NCBI GenBank assembly: GCA_020137815.1
Contig: CM035351.1
Span: forward strand, 2,294,001-2,358,000
DNA from: Hormiphora californensis
Lineage: Eukaryota; Animalia; Ctenophora
DNA: 64,000 bases
Direction of reading: 5' to 3'
The number at the start of each line of letters is the position of its first letter. Within the stretch, counting starts at the first letter, position 1. The position numbers were made by a program, and so were the translations under genes. The notes under the pieces were generated by a model, which saw nothing but the letters and a program-made list of their open reading frames with translations, made no database searches and was not told where the DNA came from. This document shows positions 1-24,900 of the stretch, piece after piece.

Positions 1-181
1 CTAACTTCTGTCTCAACTCAATTCCACAAATGGGACCCACAGCATTCCCACGCCCGGTTCCGCCATCCCTAGGACCCCTCTAGCCTCTTCTTCTCTCCCT
101 CTCTCTCATTCTCCGGCTTCTCTGTCACGTCCAAGAGGTGATACGCTGTGCCTGATCTCTAATTCTACAACATGTTTTCAG

Positions 182-11802
<11,621 letters not shown>

Positions 11803-12102
11803 CAGATGCAGAATAGTATAATTGTTGTTATTTCTTGACAGAGGTTGTGTGTTTTTAGGTCAGGGTCGACATTTGTGTGTGTTTTTTTGCGATTTTGTTG
11901 TTTCCCACTACTAGATTCCTGCTTGATTGCTTCTGGACTGGGCACAGTAATTGTTCGACATAGTGTGCGAGTCAGTCATGTGTTAATGAGTCAGAGTCTG
12001 ACCCTACTGTTGTGTTTATTTGATTGTGTATCATAAATTTCTCTTTATTTTTACAGCCCCGCAGACAGTGCGTATTGTGATGAACCAGCGCTTTAGAACT
12101 AT

Positions 12103-12168
<66 letters not shown>

Positions 12169-15068
12169 CAGCACCGTGTTAAACTGTCTACCACATTGTA
12201 ACACTTCCTCTGACAGAGAGTTGGATTTGTATAGGGCGGGAGAAAGATATAGAACCGCGAGATAGATTCAGGAAAGTGAGAAAGGGATGGAAAGATAGGG
12301 GGAGCAACTATGTGGACTGTGTTTAAATTCTCTCTATCCCTCTCTCTCTCCATCTTCTTGGCGCCAGTAAACCCAGCATTTCAGTGGCATCTCCCACCGT
12401 CACGATAAATCAGTGCGCTCTGAGCTCAACCTATAGAGGTTATATAGCTGTCGGGAATAACAACTATAACAGGATTCGACTCCTCTCTCCCAGCCCCCCC
12501 TTTCTCAGCCCCCTCACCTCGCAGACCCCTCTCTCCAAGCCCCCTCACTTGTCAGACCCCCTCTCTCTCTCTGCCCCTTCTCCCAGCCCCCTTCGTTCAT
12601 CCTGTTCTAGAGTTAACCGCCGGGAACAACAAGATTCGATCCCTTCTCTCAGCCCCTCTCCCAGCCCCTCTCTCATACCCCCCTGTTCTAGAAACCGCCG
12701 GGACCCCTTTCTCTGATCAGCCCCCTTCTCCGGGCTTCAAATGATCTCACCCCCCCCCCCCCCCCTCATGCAGCATGTTCCCAAGCACACACACAAGTGA
12801 TCCCCCCTGACCGCATTATCTCCGCAGAGTAGTGGTAGAAGTAGTTGATGGAGGGGTTGTTCAGCTACTTCTGAGCTGAGTTCTCCCATCTAACAAATAC
12901 CCCTCTAAGAATAGTACTCAGACATGCCGCGGAGGGGGCATCGTGAGGAGTCGGCGACCTAGCTGCAGTAGTTATAGGGAGTTAGAGTTCTGTTCCCCCG
13001 ACCTAGCATTATTTACCCCTTTTTATTCTACTACAATATATCCAATCAGTACCCATTTCAATCTACCTCCTTCTCTCTATCTTTCTATCTTTCTTTCTCT
13101 CTCTCACACATAAAAATAAATGGTTCACTTTCTCATTACTTTACTATCGTGCTTTAGAAAATGCATATATTAAAAGGATCGAAGAGGGTTGATCAAGTTG
13201 ATCTGCTGCATAGTTTGCATATTAATTAAATATACGCTAAGATGTCCGGTGTCCCCATGCAGTATTTAACCACATTAATGAGCCGCGGCCGTGACTCAAA
13301 CTGTGGTTAAATAATAACAGTGAGTTTATAACTATTGCCGGCTAGGAAAATATTGTCTGATATAATATCGAATATGTGGGGGGCTGGTTCATGATGTACC
13401 ACCCCGACGTGACCACATCTCGAGACTTTGCAACTGGCACACAGGGATTATGGTTAAAGAGAGGGGGCTGGGATCGTTAGTTGGAAACCGCCGGTCATTT
13501 CATTGTGGGATTTGGGAAGAGAGAGCTCTCAAACCGATGCTCTGACAGAGGGAGAGAGTCAGTAAGCTAGAGAGAAAGCGCGAACTTGAGTGAAAGAAAG
13601 AGGGTGAGATAAAAGTGAAAGAAAGGACCGGGAAATATATTTTTTGGGAACAGGGAATACTAGAAATTTAGTAGGTAGCATCCTATAATACCGCTGCACT
13701 GTTTTAGTTTAGTTAGTATGCCCCCGTAATCCGGGAGTTAGTTTGGAAAGTAAGCTGGCCGAATAACAACTTTTAAATATCGTTATTCAATCATCTAGAA
13801 GGTGTGAAAAAACGGCGGCACACGATCCGGAATATTTTCTCGTTTGCCTTACAGCGCCGCTTGTAGTCGCATTACCGTAATGGAAATACAGTAATGAGAC
13901 GCACACTTTGCATAACGCACAGCAAAAAGTACATGTGTTCAGCACGTACTAGCGCCCTGATTGGTCACGGTTGCGCGTCCTCTTACCGTATATCCGTTTT
14001 CCATTACCGTTTTCCCACTACAAGCGACCGGGTTAGGAGGCAAAGCTTGGGATCAACCGGCTAGAGCATCTGTCAGAGCATTGGCCTGGCCCTATTCTCA
14101 TTTCCTTCGCGCGAGAACCGTGGTCAGAGCATTGGTCTGACAGTGCAGGGCTAAATGTGCAAGTGCAACTGCAAGTACCTCAGCTACTATAAAACTATAA
14201 TCACTGCTGCAGCTTTGGCAACAACTGGCGCCTGTGAAATCTAGTGCTGCCCAAGTTTATATTGTGATCTGTAGAGTTCACAGGCCCCTCCTCTTTATCC
14301 CCGGCCCCCTCGGTTCTCGGTGGTGGTCTGATATCACTTGGTGACGTAATTACTTTGCTGTACCGCACACCGGGGGCGGGGATCAGGTTCTGCCAATCTG
14401 CCCCATGATAGACAGGGATAGAGATCCGAGGGATATTGACAACTGGAGGGAGGGAGACTACTGTCATGGGGCTGACATGCAACTGTAGACAAACACGCGA
14501 TCACACATGTGAGGAAAGGGGGGGGAGGAGCAGAGAGAGCTAGAGGGAGAGAGGAGAGACAGCAGCGAGGAGGAGGAAGAGAGAGGAAGACGGAGCGACG
14601 AGAGAAGAGAGCAGAGAAAGCGAGGGAGAGAGAGGAAGAAGGGAGAGAAGGAGAGGAGTGGGAGAGAGAGGAGAGGGAGAGAGCCGGGAGAAGAGGGGAG
14701 GAGAAAGAAGAAAGAGAAGAAAAAAGAGAAGAGAGAATGAGGTAGACGGAAGGAGAAGACTGAGAGGATGAGATGAGAAGATGAAAGAGAAGAGAGAGAG
14801 AGACGAGAGAAGAGAGAGAACAGAGAGAGAGAGAGAGAGAGATATGAATATGATCGCGTCGAGGATGTCTGCCTCATACGTACGAGAGACATTTCAGCCA
14901 CTGTTCAGTGGTTGCAGATGTTGATGGGCCGATGATGTCCGGGCACGTGCGGGGTAGATAAGAGTGGGGACCGATCTCACCTAATGATGGGGGATATGGC
15001 TACTGAGAGCTGCCCCGGGAGGAGAGAGAGACGAGAGGAGAGAGAGAGAGGAGAGAGAAGTGAGAGAG

Positions 15069-15112
<44 letters not shown>

Positions 15113-15664
15113 GAGGTCCGGTGAGTGGCCACCTCATTCAACCTCTCTCTATCTCTCTTTCTCTCCCTCTATCTTCTGTAGGGCGTCTCACGCAGTACGG
15201 CTCACCTGATTCACGTGACATTGAGAGCTCAACAGCTGAGAACAGGAGAGAGATAGAAAGATAGAAAGTAGAAGGAGAGATAGAGAAAGATAGAGGAGAG
15301 TTATGGGGAGCTCGATTTTACCCTTCTTCCCCTCGGCGTACACAAACACATTCTCTGATATGTTCCCCTTGATTTCGTTCCTTCTTCTGAATCTTGCTAC
15401 TTCAAGTAAGTAGTAGCAGTGGGACTTGTCCCCCGCACTACCCTGAACAGTGTGATTGTGTTCTTGATAGCGAGCTCCTAGTCCGTTCTGTCTCCTGTAT
15501 ACGTGATGGAGGGCTCCGGGAGTTCCCCGATATTGATACCACTGTCCGAATACTGTAAGTGTGATTTAGACTTTTGCCCAAGGTGCTATTAAGGGTTCAT
15601 AGGGGCTATACTAGTTCCTAAGAAGGACTGTAAAATAATTGAACGAGTGTTCGTAAACGGTTTT

Positions 15665-18600
15665 TAGTCTAGTGAAAACATGTTTTGACCCCCGAAATTT
15701 TTGATGCATTTATAATTCCTTCACCAAAATGTCCTCAAAGGGCTTCTGGGTGAGATCCCAAAAGTCTACCAACCAACTCCTGGGGGAAGTACCCTTAATT
15801 GGCCCTAATTGGCTTGATGGTATAACTCGCAATTTTGTAACTCAGCTCTGGAGCGTCGTAGAGACCTTTCATTGGTCGCAATCGATCCGGAATATATTGA
15901 TTTTATATAGTGCTATGAAGGTCCGAAGTCGCTCTCTCTAACCGTTTAGCACGCTAATTGGATTTAACTGATTGATTGGACTTAATTGGCACCCTCGTAT
16001 CTCAGCTCAGGGACATGTAGAGACTTTTCATTGGTCGGAAAACTGACCGGAATGTGCAAGTTTATAATCAGTGCTATGAAGGTCCAAAGTCGCTATCTCA
16101 ACCGTTTAGCCGGAAATCGAACTTCTTTAAAACCGTTTTGCGCATGGTTTATGGGTTTGTAAGATTTCTGTTTCTCAGCTCAGGAGCGTTGTAGAGACTT
16201 GATTCCGGTTGCAAACGAACCGGAACGGGCCAACGTTTATTGACGCTATGAAGGTCCGAAGTCGCTATCTCCAACCAATTAGCCGCAAATTGGACTTAAT
16301 TGACCTTAATTGGGCTAAATAGCCAAATAGACCGCAAATTAGTGGCAAAAGGTGTGACAAGCTAGTTCCTTCACTAAGTGTGACCCTCATGGGCCCCCAA
16401 ATCACCAGAAAAAATTCCTGGCGATCGGAGGTGCAGAAGACCCTTATTTCCGGGTGGGCGTGGCACCAGTATTTTCAGGCAGATGCCAAAAACGTAACTT
16501 TCCTTTGGAAGGAGTAGAGACAAATCTAAGGCATTAAAATGTGTAGCGTCCTGCATTAGTGGGGGGTAGACGCCCATTAAAAGTTCCTAATCTCGTTTTG
16601 TTAATTGGTTAATTAGATAATTAGTTGTGCGCATAGCCAATTTCCGATTTATACGGTTTAAAATGGCTCAGCCATGAATAAGGACCTGCTTTTGACCGCT
16701 GAATACCGATTGAAAGCAATATAATGGAAAGCTCAGAGGGGATGTGAAAATGTCTTAGGCATAATTGGATATAATTGGGCTAATTGGGTACGTTGACCAG
16801 ATCTTATCTTACTAGGTACACCCTAAACCCACTTAAATATCTCCAAGACTCTCCCAGAACCCGGTCAGAGCCTCCTAATACCCCTCAGACTTTCTAGATA
16901 CCCTCAAAACCCACTAGATAGCCCTCAGATTAACTAGATACTACTCCGATCCTTTAGATACCCTCAGAGGGGCCTCACACTCTGAGGCTCAGAGGCCACT
17001 AGATACCCCCTAGAATCACTCGTATGTGTCAACCACATCGCATTGACGCCACCCAGCGCCCTCAGAAACCTACTAGATGCCACTCAGACCGTACGGATAC
17101 CCCTTAGACCTACCCCGATACATATCAGACCGTGGTAGATACCATCAAACCCTACATGATACCCGTCAGAAACTACTAGATACCCTAAGACTACCTGATA
17201 CCCCTTTGACCCTCCGATATAACTCTTAGACTATGCTAGGTATCTCTCTGACTCTACCTGACATCCCTCAGGCCGTGCTAGATGGCCCTGTGACTCTACT
17301 AGATACCCCTCAGACCCTACTAGATGCGTATTACCTCTCAGACCATAAAAGATGCCACTTAGACCATGTCAGATATTACCAATATACGTCTTAGACCCTG
17401 CTAGATACTCCCATATCCAACTATCTACACCCAGACTCTATTAGATATCTCTCATACCCATCTAGAAATCCTGAAACCCTTCTAGAACCCCTGAGGGCCT
17501 CACTAAGGCGTAAGCATATATACCCCTCATAGGGGTATTTAGTGGAGGCTGATGGGTATCTAAAGTTCACCCCAAACTACTATATCCCTCACTCGGGTTT
17601 TGTGAAATTTTCCACGGTCATAACTCCACTCCCTGATGAGATAGAGACTTGAAATTTGTTTTGTACGAAGAACTCGATATGATCTCCCTACAAAACAAAT
17701 TTCAAGTCTCTATCTTATCAGGGGGTGGAGCTATGGCCGTCTAAAATCCGGTCGCGCGCAGCAAGGGACATAGTAGTTTGGGGGGACCTTTAGTAGAGTC
17801 TGACGCCCTTTTAGTGAGATTCAGAATCTACTAGATGCTCCCCAGACTGTATATACCACTCAGACTCTACTAGATACTTTTAAGAGTATGTATGAGGGGT
17901 ATTTAGGATGCCCTGATGGGTTCTTGTAGGATATAAAAGATATCAAAAAGTGTTTGGGGTGTCTAGAAGTACATAAGAGATATGGTCCAAGGTGTAGCTA
18001 GATGGATCTGGTAGTATCTAGGAGGGTCTGAGGCTTATATTAGTAGTTTCTAGCAGGGTCTGAGGGGCATCTAGTAGGGTCTGAGGGGCTTCTAGTAGCC
18101 AGTAGGGTAGAAGGGCATCTAAAATGGTATATAGGTTTGATTGGAGGGTCAGAGGGGTATCAGGTGAGATATTACTAGGGTATCTAATAGGGTCTGAGGG
18201 GTGTTATATCCAGTACGGTCTGAGTGGATTCTGAGGGCGCTGGGTGGTGTCAATACGATGTGGTTGACACATACGAGTGATCCTAGGGGGTATCTAGTGG
18301 CCTCTGAGGCCCCTCTGAGGGTATCTAAAGGATCGGAGGAGTATCTAGTTAATTCTGAGGGCTATCTAGTGGGTTTTGAGGGTATCTAGAAATGTCTGAG
18401 GGGTATTTAGGAGGCTCTGACCGGGTTCTGGGAGAGTGCTGGGGAGTATTTTAGTGGTTTAGGGTTGACCTAGTAAGATAAGATCTGGTCAACGTACCCA
18501 ATTATGCCCAATTATATCCAATTATGCCTAATTAAGACACTTTTCACACCTCTGAGTTCCATTATATTGCTCATAATCGTATTCAGCGGTCAAAAGCAGG

Positions 18601-19612
18601 TCCTTATTCATGGCTGAGCCATTTAAACCGTATAATATCGGAAATATGGCTATGCGCACAACTAATTATCTAATCAACCAATTAACAAAACGAGATAGGA
18701 ACTTTTAATGGGCGTCTACCCCCACTAATGCGAGGACGCTACACATTTTAATGTCCTTAGATTTGTCTCTACTCCTTCCCAAAGGAAAGTTACGTTTTTG
18801 GCATCTGCCTGAAAATACTGGTGCCACGCCCACCCGGAAATAAGGGTCTTCTGCAACTCCGATCGGCCAGGAATTTTTTCTGGTGATTTGGGGGACCCAT
18901 GAGGGTCACTTAGTGAAGGAACTAGCTTGTCACACATTTTGCCACTAATTTGCGGTCTATTTGGCTATTTAGCCCAATAAGGTCAATTAATCCAATTTGC
19001 GGCTAATTGGTTGGGATAGCGACTTGGACCTTCATAGCGTCAATATAAACTTGGCCGTTCGGTGTTTGCAACCGGAATCAAGTCTCTACGACGTCCTGAG
19101 GAGAAACAGAAAATCTTACAAACCAATAACCATGCGCAAAACGGTTTAAAGAAGTTCGATTTCCGGCTAAACGGTTGGAGATAGCGACTTTGGACCTTCA
19201 TAGCACTGATATAAACTTGCACATTCCGGTCAGTTTCCGACCAATGGAAAGTCTCTACGATGTCCCTGAGCTGAGATACGAGGGTGCCAAATAGTCCAAT
19301 CAATCAGTTAAATCCAATAGGGCTAAACGGTTAGAGATAGCGACTTCGGACCTTCATAGCCTAATTAAAATCATATATTCCGGATCGATTGCGACCAATG
19401 AAAGGTCTCTACGACGCTCCAGAGCTGAGTTAGCAAAATTGGCGAGTTATACATAAGCCCATTAGGGCCAATTAAGGGTACTTCCCCCAGGAGTTGGTTG
19501 GTAGACTTTTGGGATCTCACCCAGAAGCCCTTTGAGGACATTTTGGTGAAGGAATTATAAAGCATCAAAAATTCGGGGTCGACCCCTTTTTTTACACGTT
19601 TTCACTAGACTA
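15665..19612. mobile_element. ~3.9-kb non-coding foldback element with long inverted arms, internal subrepeats and a central palindrome
   Basis: Termini are TAGTCTAGTGAAAAC and GTTTTCACTAGACTA. 15700-17100 is the reverse complement of 18190-19570, giving mirror ORFs MSSKGFWVRSQK on both strands. The inner arms are a degenerate ~20-bp CCCTCAGACCCTACTAGATA array, and a palindrome lies at 17570-17783. Confidence 0.88.
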
Positions 19613-19968
19613 TTTTTGACATTTATGTCAGTTGTCGTATCATTATCAATATCATCAGTTACGGCGTTTATAAAATAATTGGAGGAAGTTCTTCTGAAGG
19701 ATTGGCGAAGTTAAATGGTTATGAAGGTCACAGCTGTTCTCCATAAACTCAGAAATCACAGACATTTCAGAAATGTGTCCTAACTAAACAAAAGATAATA
19801 TATGCAGCAGCTTTTACATCGTGTAGCAGAAAGGTCACAAACTCAGTCCAACACTCAGTAATTCTCTTCCGCGACCTCTGTTATGTACGAACACCACAGT
19901 CACTTGGTAAAGTTGGTACCCGGATAGTACACAATATTATTGTGATAGTTGGGAAGAAGCGTACAACA

Positions 19969-21467
19969 CTATATTGGGTGAGGATAAGTGTCGTCATTGA
20001 AATTCTCCTCGCCGAATGTTGTACAGGCCCACTTGTTATGCACCACCACAGACGCATGCGGGGGCCTTGAAATTGAGGTTATTTTCAGTGTCTCTAGGAA
20101 CTTCTTCCTGCGTACCAACCGTTTGATATGTTTCGCCAACACCTTTTTCAGTCGTGGTTTACAGATTAGCAGAACGAAAGGGTTGATACAACTATTTCCC
20201 ACGGTGAATATAATCTCAGTCACTACCCGCACATAGTACCTGTCCGTCCACGTTGGGTTGAGGACCTTGTGCATGGTTCGGATATCGTCCAGACTGTCCA
20301 GCTGAAGGAGGTGGAACCTCCTTATAGTCTCATTGTACAAGTCACCACAGCCGGGGTATTGCACATGATAAACACAATCGACATTGCTATTATCGCTTTG
20401 AAGGCCGTCTGGGCTCGCTGCTGCTTCGGTTTGCGGCCAACAGAAGCGGATATAATCTTTAGTTTCTTGGCATTCCAAAAGCCAAGTGACATAAATCCAA
20501 GGATAACCACGGCTGGGATAACCGGAAATGCCGCGAGAATTTGAAGGATACTCTGTCCTAACAAGTCAGAGTTTAGTACCTCACGGGGAATTTTTATGTC
20601 GGTGTCGATAAAGGATTGGAAGTAGCTAAAATTGGCACCCGGATAGTAGCCCAGGAAGACGCAATATGGGGTGATAGTCGGGAAGAAGCGTACAACGCTA
20701 TATTGGGCGAGGATAAGTGTCGTCATAATAATAATGATTGCTAGGAATAAAGCTGGGGGTATCCAGGTTAACTTGAAGGAAAGTCGTAACTTTGGTCTGT
20801 AGATTATAAACAACCTGAAATATGAAAGAGAGATAGAGAGAGGGGAGAGAGAGAAAGATAGGGGGAGAGATAGAGATGGTGAGAGCGAGAGAGATGGTGG
20901 GAGAGAGTCAGATGGTGAGAGCGAGAGCGAGAGATAGTGAGAGAGAGATAGTGAGAGAGAGACACCCATACAGAATGCCGGGAAAGGGGGGGGGGGGTTA
21001 AAAATGGACTTGGAACTTCATGTTCATGAGGGGAGCTGATGGTCGATGGACAGTGACCGGTAATTGCCCGTGTAGTTAGCTAATGTCTGTGTACCTGGTG
21101 GTGGAAAGGATAAGAAAGGTGGCCAGAGAGGTGATAAGCATTGCTTTCCACAGTACCAACCACACACTGCACACAAAAACATTCTGAAAGAGCCACTCAT
21201 GACTCCTCCGATGAGTGGTCAGACTGTCCGCTACAGCCAGGCAGTGAGGCATATGCCTAGGTCTAGCACGCAGACACTAAGATATAGCCGGTCACATAGC
21301 CGGCTGGTACGGGAGGTAACTGGATTGCAATTCGTCATGAAGTATGTGATACAGGTTGTGCTCCCCAACGCTCCGAAGATTGCCATGAGCCAGAGAAGGA
21401 TTGCCAGAGCGGAGTCTGTTGTTGCGTCTGGGGTCTCCAGAAAGTTTGGTAGTGAACTGATGTTCAT
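19969..21467 (-). CDS. Class A (rhodopsin-like) 7TM GPCR, 2 exons (21467-21095, 20814-19969), with about 3 single-base frameshifts (pseudogene or assembly error)
   Basis: TM1 LWLMAIFGALGS, TM2 LYLSVCVLDLGICL, TM3 end ILSTTRL at the DRY position, TM6 FIMCNTP and TM7 NSCINPFVL. Frameshifts near 21235, 21190 and 20345. Confidence 0.75.
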
Positions 21468-21969
21468 ATTCTACCTATATAATGATCTGTATTAGTGTTA
21501 CAATGATATTTCACAGTTCATGAGAGATCAAAGCTAATGACAGCTGCAAAGTAACGAAGTAATGGAAACTTGTCAAGCATGAAATGGCTGCATCAGTTCA
21601 ATTTACTGTCAAATAGTTCACCCTTCTAGCTATAGCTAGAAAGAGGTGACATTTGATTAAAAACATTACTAAGAGTAAGGATTACTACGAAATGAAAGAT
21701 ATCTTCAAAGAAGAATTAGAATTCGATTCGAATACGATTATCCCTTAAAATCAGGACTTTGCAAGTAAAGCAAGCATAGCCGTGCAGAATTTCTTTAAGA
21801 TTGCCTTGAACATTAATTTCAGTTTTGGAAGTCAAAGACATATTGACTCAATATATGCATTTAAATCCTATTCTCAATAATTGAGAATAAGATTTAAATG
21901 CATATATCGTTGCATTAAATATCAACTTATTTCTATGGAACAAACAACCATATGTACATATCTTTGCAG

Positions 21970-24900
21970 GGATTTGACAGGGAGTGATCTACGACAACTG
22001 ACTAAAAACTCTGTAAAGAAACAATACAGCAACCTGCTATCGTTGTAAGTGGTTGGGTGGTTACTAGTGGTTTATAGTGCAGTAGTTGCCTTTCCAGGCT
22101 CTGCTGCGTCTTTCAAACCATGTAACCATGGTTACATGCATGGGTTGGTCCGGAGGTAGGAAATGTCACTTTCTGCATCTGGACTGGCTCTATAAAGAGC
22201 CGAGCCAGATCTGACATATTCAGAATTGATTTTGCGGGCACTTTAGAAGGACTATGAGATGAGTAACCAGAGAAACTCTGTACTTGTAGTACCAAAAGGA
22301 TCTCTCTACTTGATCGAAGTGTCAGCGTGATCTGTCAGATCTGACCTGGCTGTGAGGTGATTATATATCTTCCTTAACACCCTTTCCTCTTTCAGAACCC
22401 TAGAAAACTGCAATTTAAAGCACATCGGCCGTGGATTCATGGACTACTTCCCCAGTGTAACGGTGGTTAATCTACGTGGAAATAACTTGAAATTCATACC
22501 TGACTTTCCCTACCATAATGCATCACTTCATTTGGATTTAACAGAAAATGATATCAGTGCCATCAACCACTTCAAGTGCCCCACCCTGGAATCACTGTAA
22601 GTAATACAGCGATGCCTATTGCCCACTTACTAAGTATACCTCAGCTATTAGGTGGATTGGCGTCGTGTTTATTAGGCTGGGCGTTATAAACTTCAGCGAT
22701 GATAGCTATGAAGTTTGTACTGCAAAATTTGATAGGAAACGCACAATGTTTTCAGCTAAAGTAAATTACACAAACTACGCCAAAATTACAATGAATTATA
22801 TCGTGACATACAATTATACACGTCATTTGACATGAGGTTTTTTGATATTGCCAAAGTTTTTAATTAAAAGTTTACAATGTGGCCAGCTGTAAGTCTGCTG
22901 GTAGTACAACCCTTTCAACACAGTAGAGCCCTCAAAGGCGGCAAATTCCACCGATATAGTTTTAAGCTGTCAACAGTCCATTATCACGTGTGTTATCTTC
23001 AGGTATCTGGACTCTAACGGCCTGGAAAGTGTTAACAAAGACGACTTAACGGACCTCCCCTACTTGGCCATCGTGTAAGTTAATGAGACCACTATTATGG
23101 TGGGCGGACTCTAGTGCTAACGGACTCTATATCTAAACCCAAGGAGGACTCTATATCTAACCCTAACCTTTACACTAACCCCTAACCTCGAACCCAAATA
23201 ACAGCCTTAACACTTCTAAACGAGTATAGAGGCACAGCAAACTCTAACGGCCGAAATCTCGAGTTCGCTTTTCGTGATTTTAGCACTAGAGTCCGCTTAC
23301 CCACTACATATTATTATTGGTGCTGTAATTGGGACGATAGAATTGGCAATGTGGGTCACCCTGTCAGGCCAATGCTCTGTCCACAGTTCTCGCGAATAAA
23401 TGAGAATATAGGGTCAATCCAATGCTCTGAAGGGGTCACCAACTTTTATATCGTCCCTGCTAAAGTTATATATTGGTGGTTATTGCTCAAGCTGTTCCTA
23501 ATTATCATGGGTTGGGTTCTTGAATTGGGGACCGTATGGAGAGCTACTCAAACGTTGCAAAATTGCATTTTTCCATTGAACACAATATGGACTATTATAT
23601 TTTCCTCGCGAAATAAGAGTGCACTGTGCAACCGACACATGAAATGGGTTCAACAGAATTCAATCCAATCAAGATTCCACCCGTATTGTAGTGTGACACA
23701 ATTATCATATACCCACACCCTCGTCCTTCCACACCTTCCGCGCATGTCCTGCCTAACATGGTTAGTTGTTATGTGTTTAAAGCACGGCTCATCATGGGGT
23801 TTGCTTTGGATCGACTGATGCACGTCAGAGTAAAGAATACCTTATGACACTACTACTGCAGTAATCAGATTCCCATTATCTGAGTAATATATTTCTGGGT
23901 GAATGATAAATGGAATTAATAACATGATAAATCTTTATATGACAGATGACTCATAACCTATTATACCTTGTTTCAGGTCCCTACACAAGAACAAAATTAA
24001 AACAATCGATGAAGTGTCCATGTCCAAAAGCGTTCGGTTCCTGTAAGTTGGACGTTGGCGTTCGATTATTACTAATTGAGGGCCATGGTCATCTTTCTAA
24101 CCCTAGTCTCCCGTTTCTACCTGCAAACTGACGCCATTTAAGCTGATATTAACATCAAATATATCCTAGGGATGTTAGTGACAACAGCCTGGAAAAAGTA
24201 CCGGTAATCGAAGTTCTAAAGGACTCATTGCGAACCATGTAAGCAAGCAAAGAAACAATCAAATTAAACGTAAAATTAGATATAAACGTAGGCTAGCTAA
24301 ATTTAGCTTAACGATCAATTAAAATAATCAGCAACAGTTTTGTATAAGAATTGATGTCTTATGTCACCACAGATCAAATGATAAAGTTTGAGTTCATATA
24401 ATAAGGTGTTTATACTTTCTACCTTATAATATAAATTGATGGCCCATGTCATTAAAACTTCTGTCTATCAGGCTGCTGGACAGGAACCGAATAACAATGA
24501 TAAAGCAATTGGGAGAGTACCGCCTGCTTGAAAATTGGTAAGACTTATCATGATACCATTCAGAGACCAGAGTTTTAGAGAGAGAGGGAGGGGAGGGAGG
24601 GATAGAGGGTAGGGTCAATTCACTGTCTGAGCCCTCTCTTCCAGTTAAATAGGGTCAGGAGAGGCAAAAACAGGGCCCTTGAACCATTACACTACACATA
24701 TTAAAACTACTATTGATAATGCATTACCCTAGCCGGCCTGTTCAATGAATATTGTTCATTCGGGGCCCCTTGCAGCAAACAATAGTCTCTATACCAATAG
24801 ATTCTATACCAATATCCATCTCTGTTATTCAGTACGCTGTCGGATAACATGATATCAAGTATTAACAGTTGATAAACCAATGTATCACCTTAGAACACTG

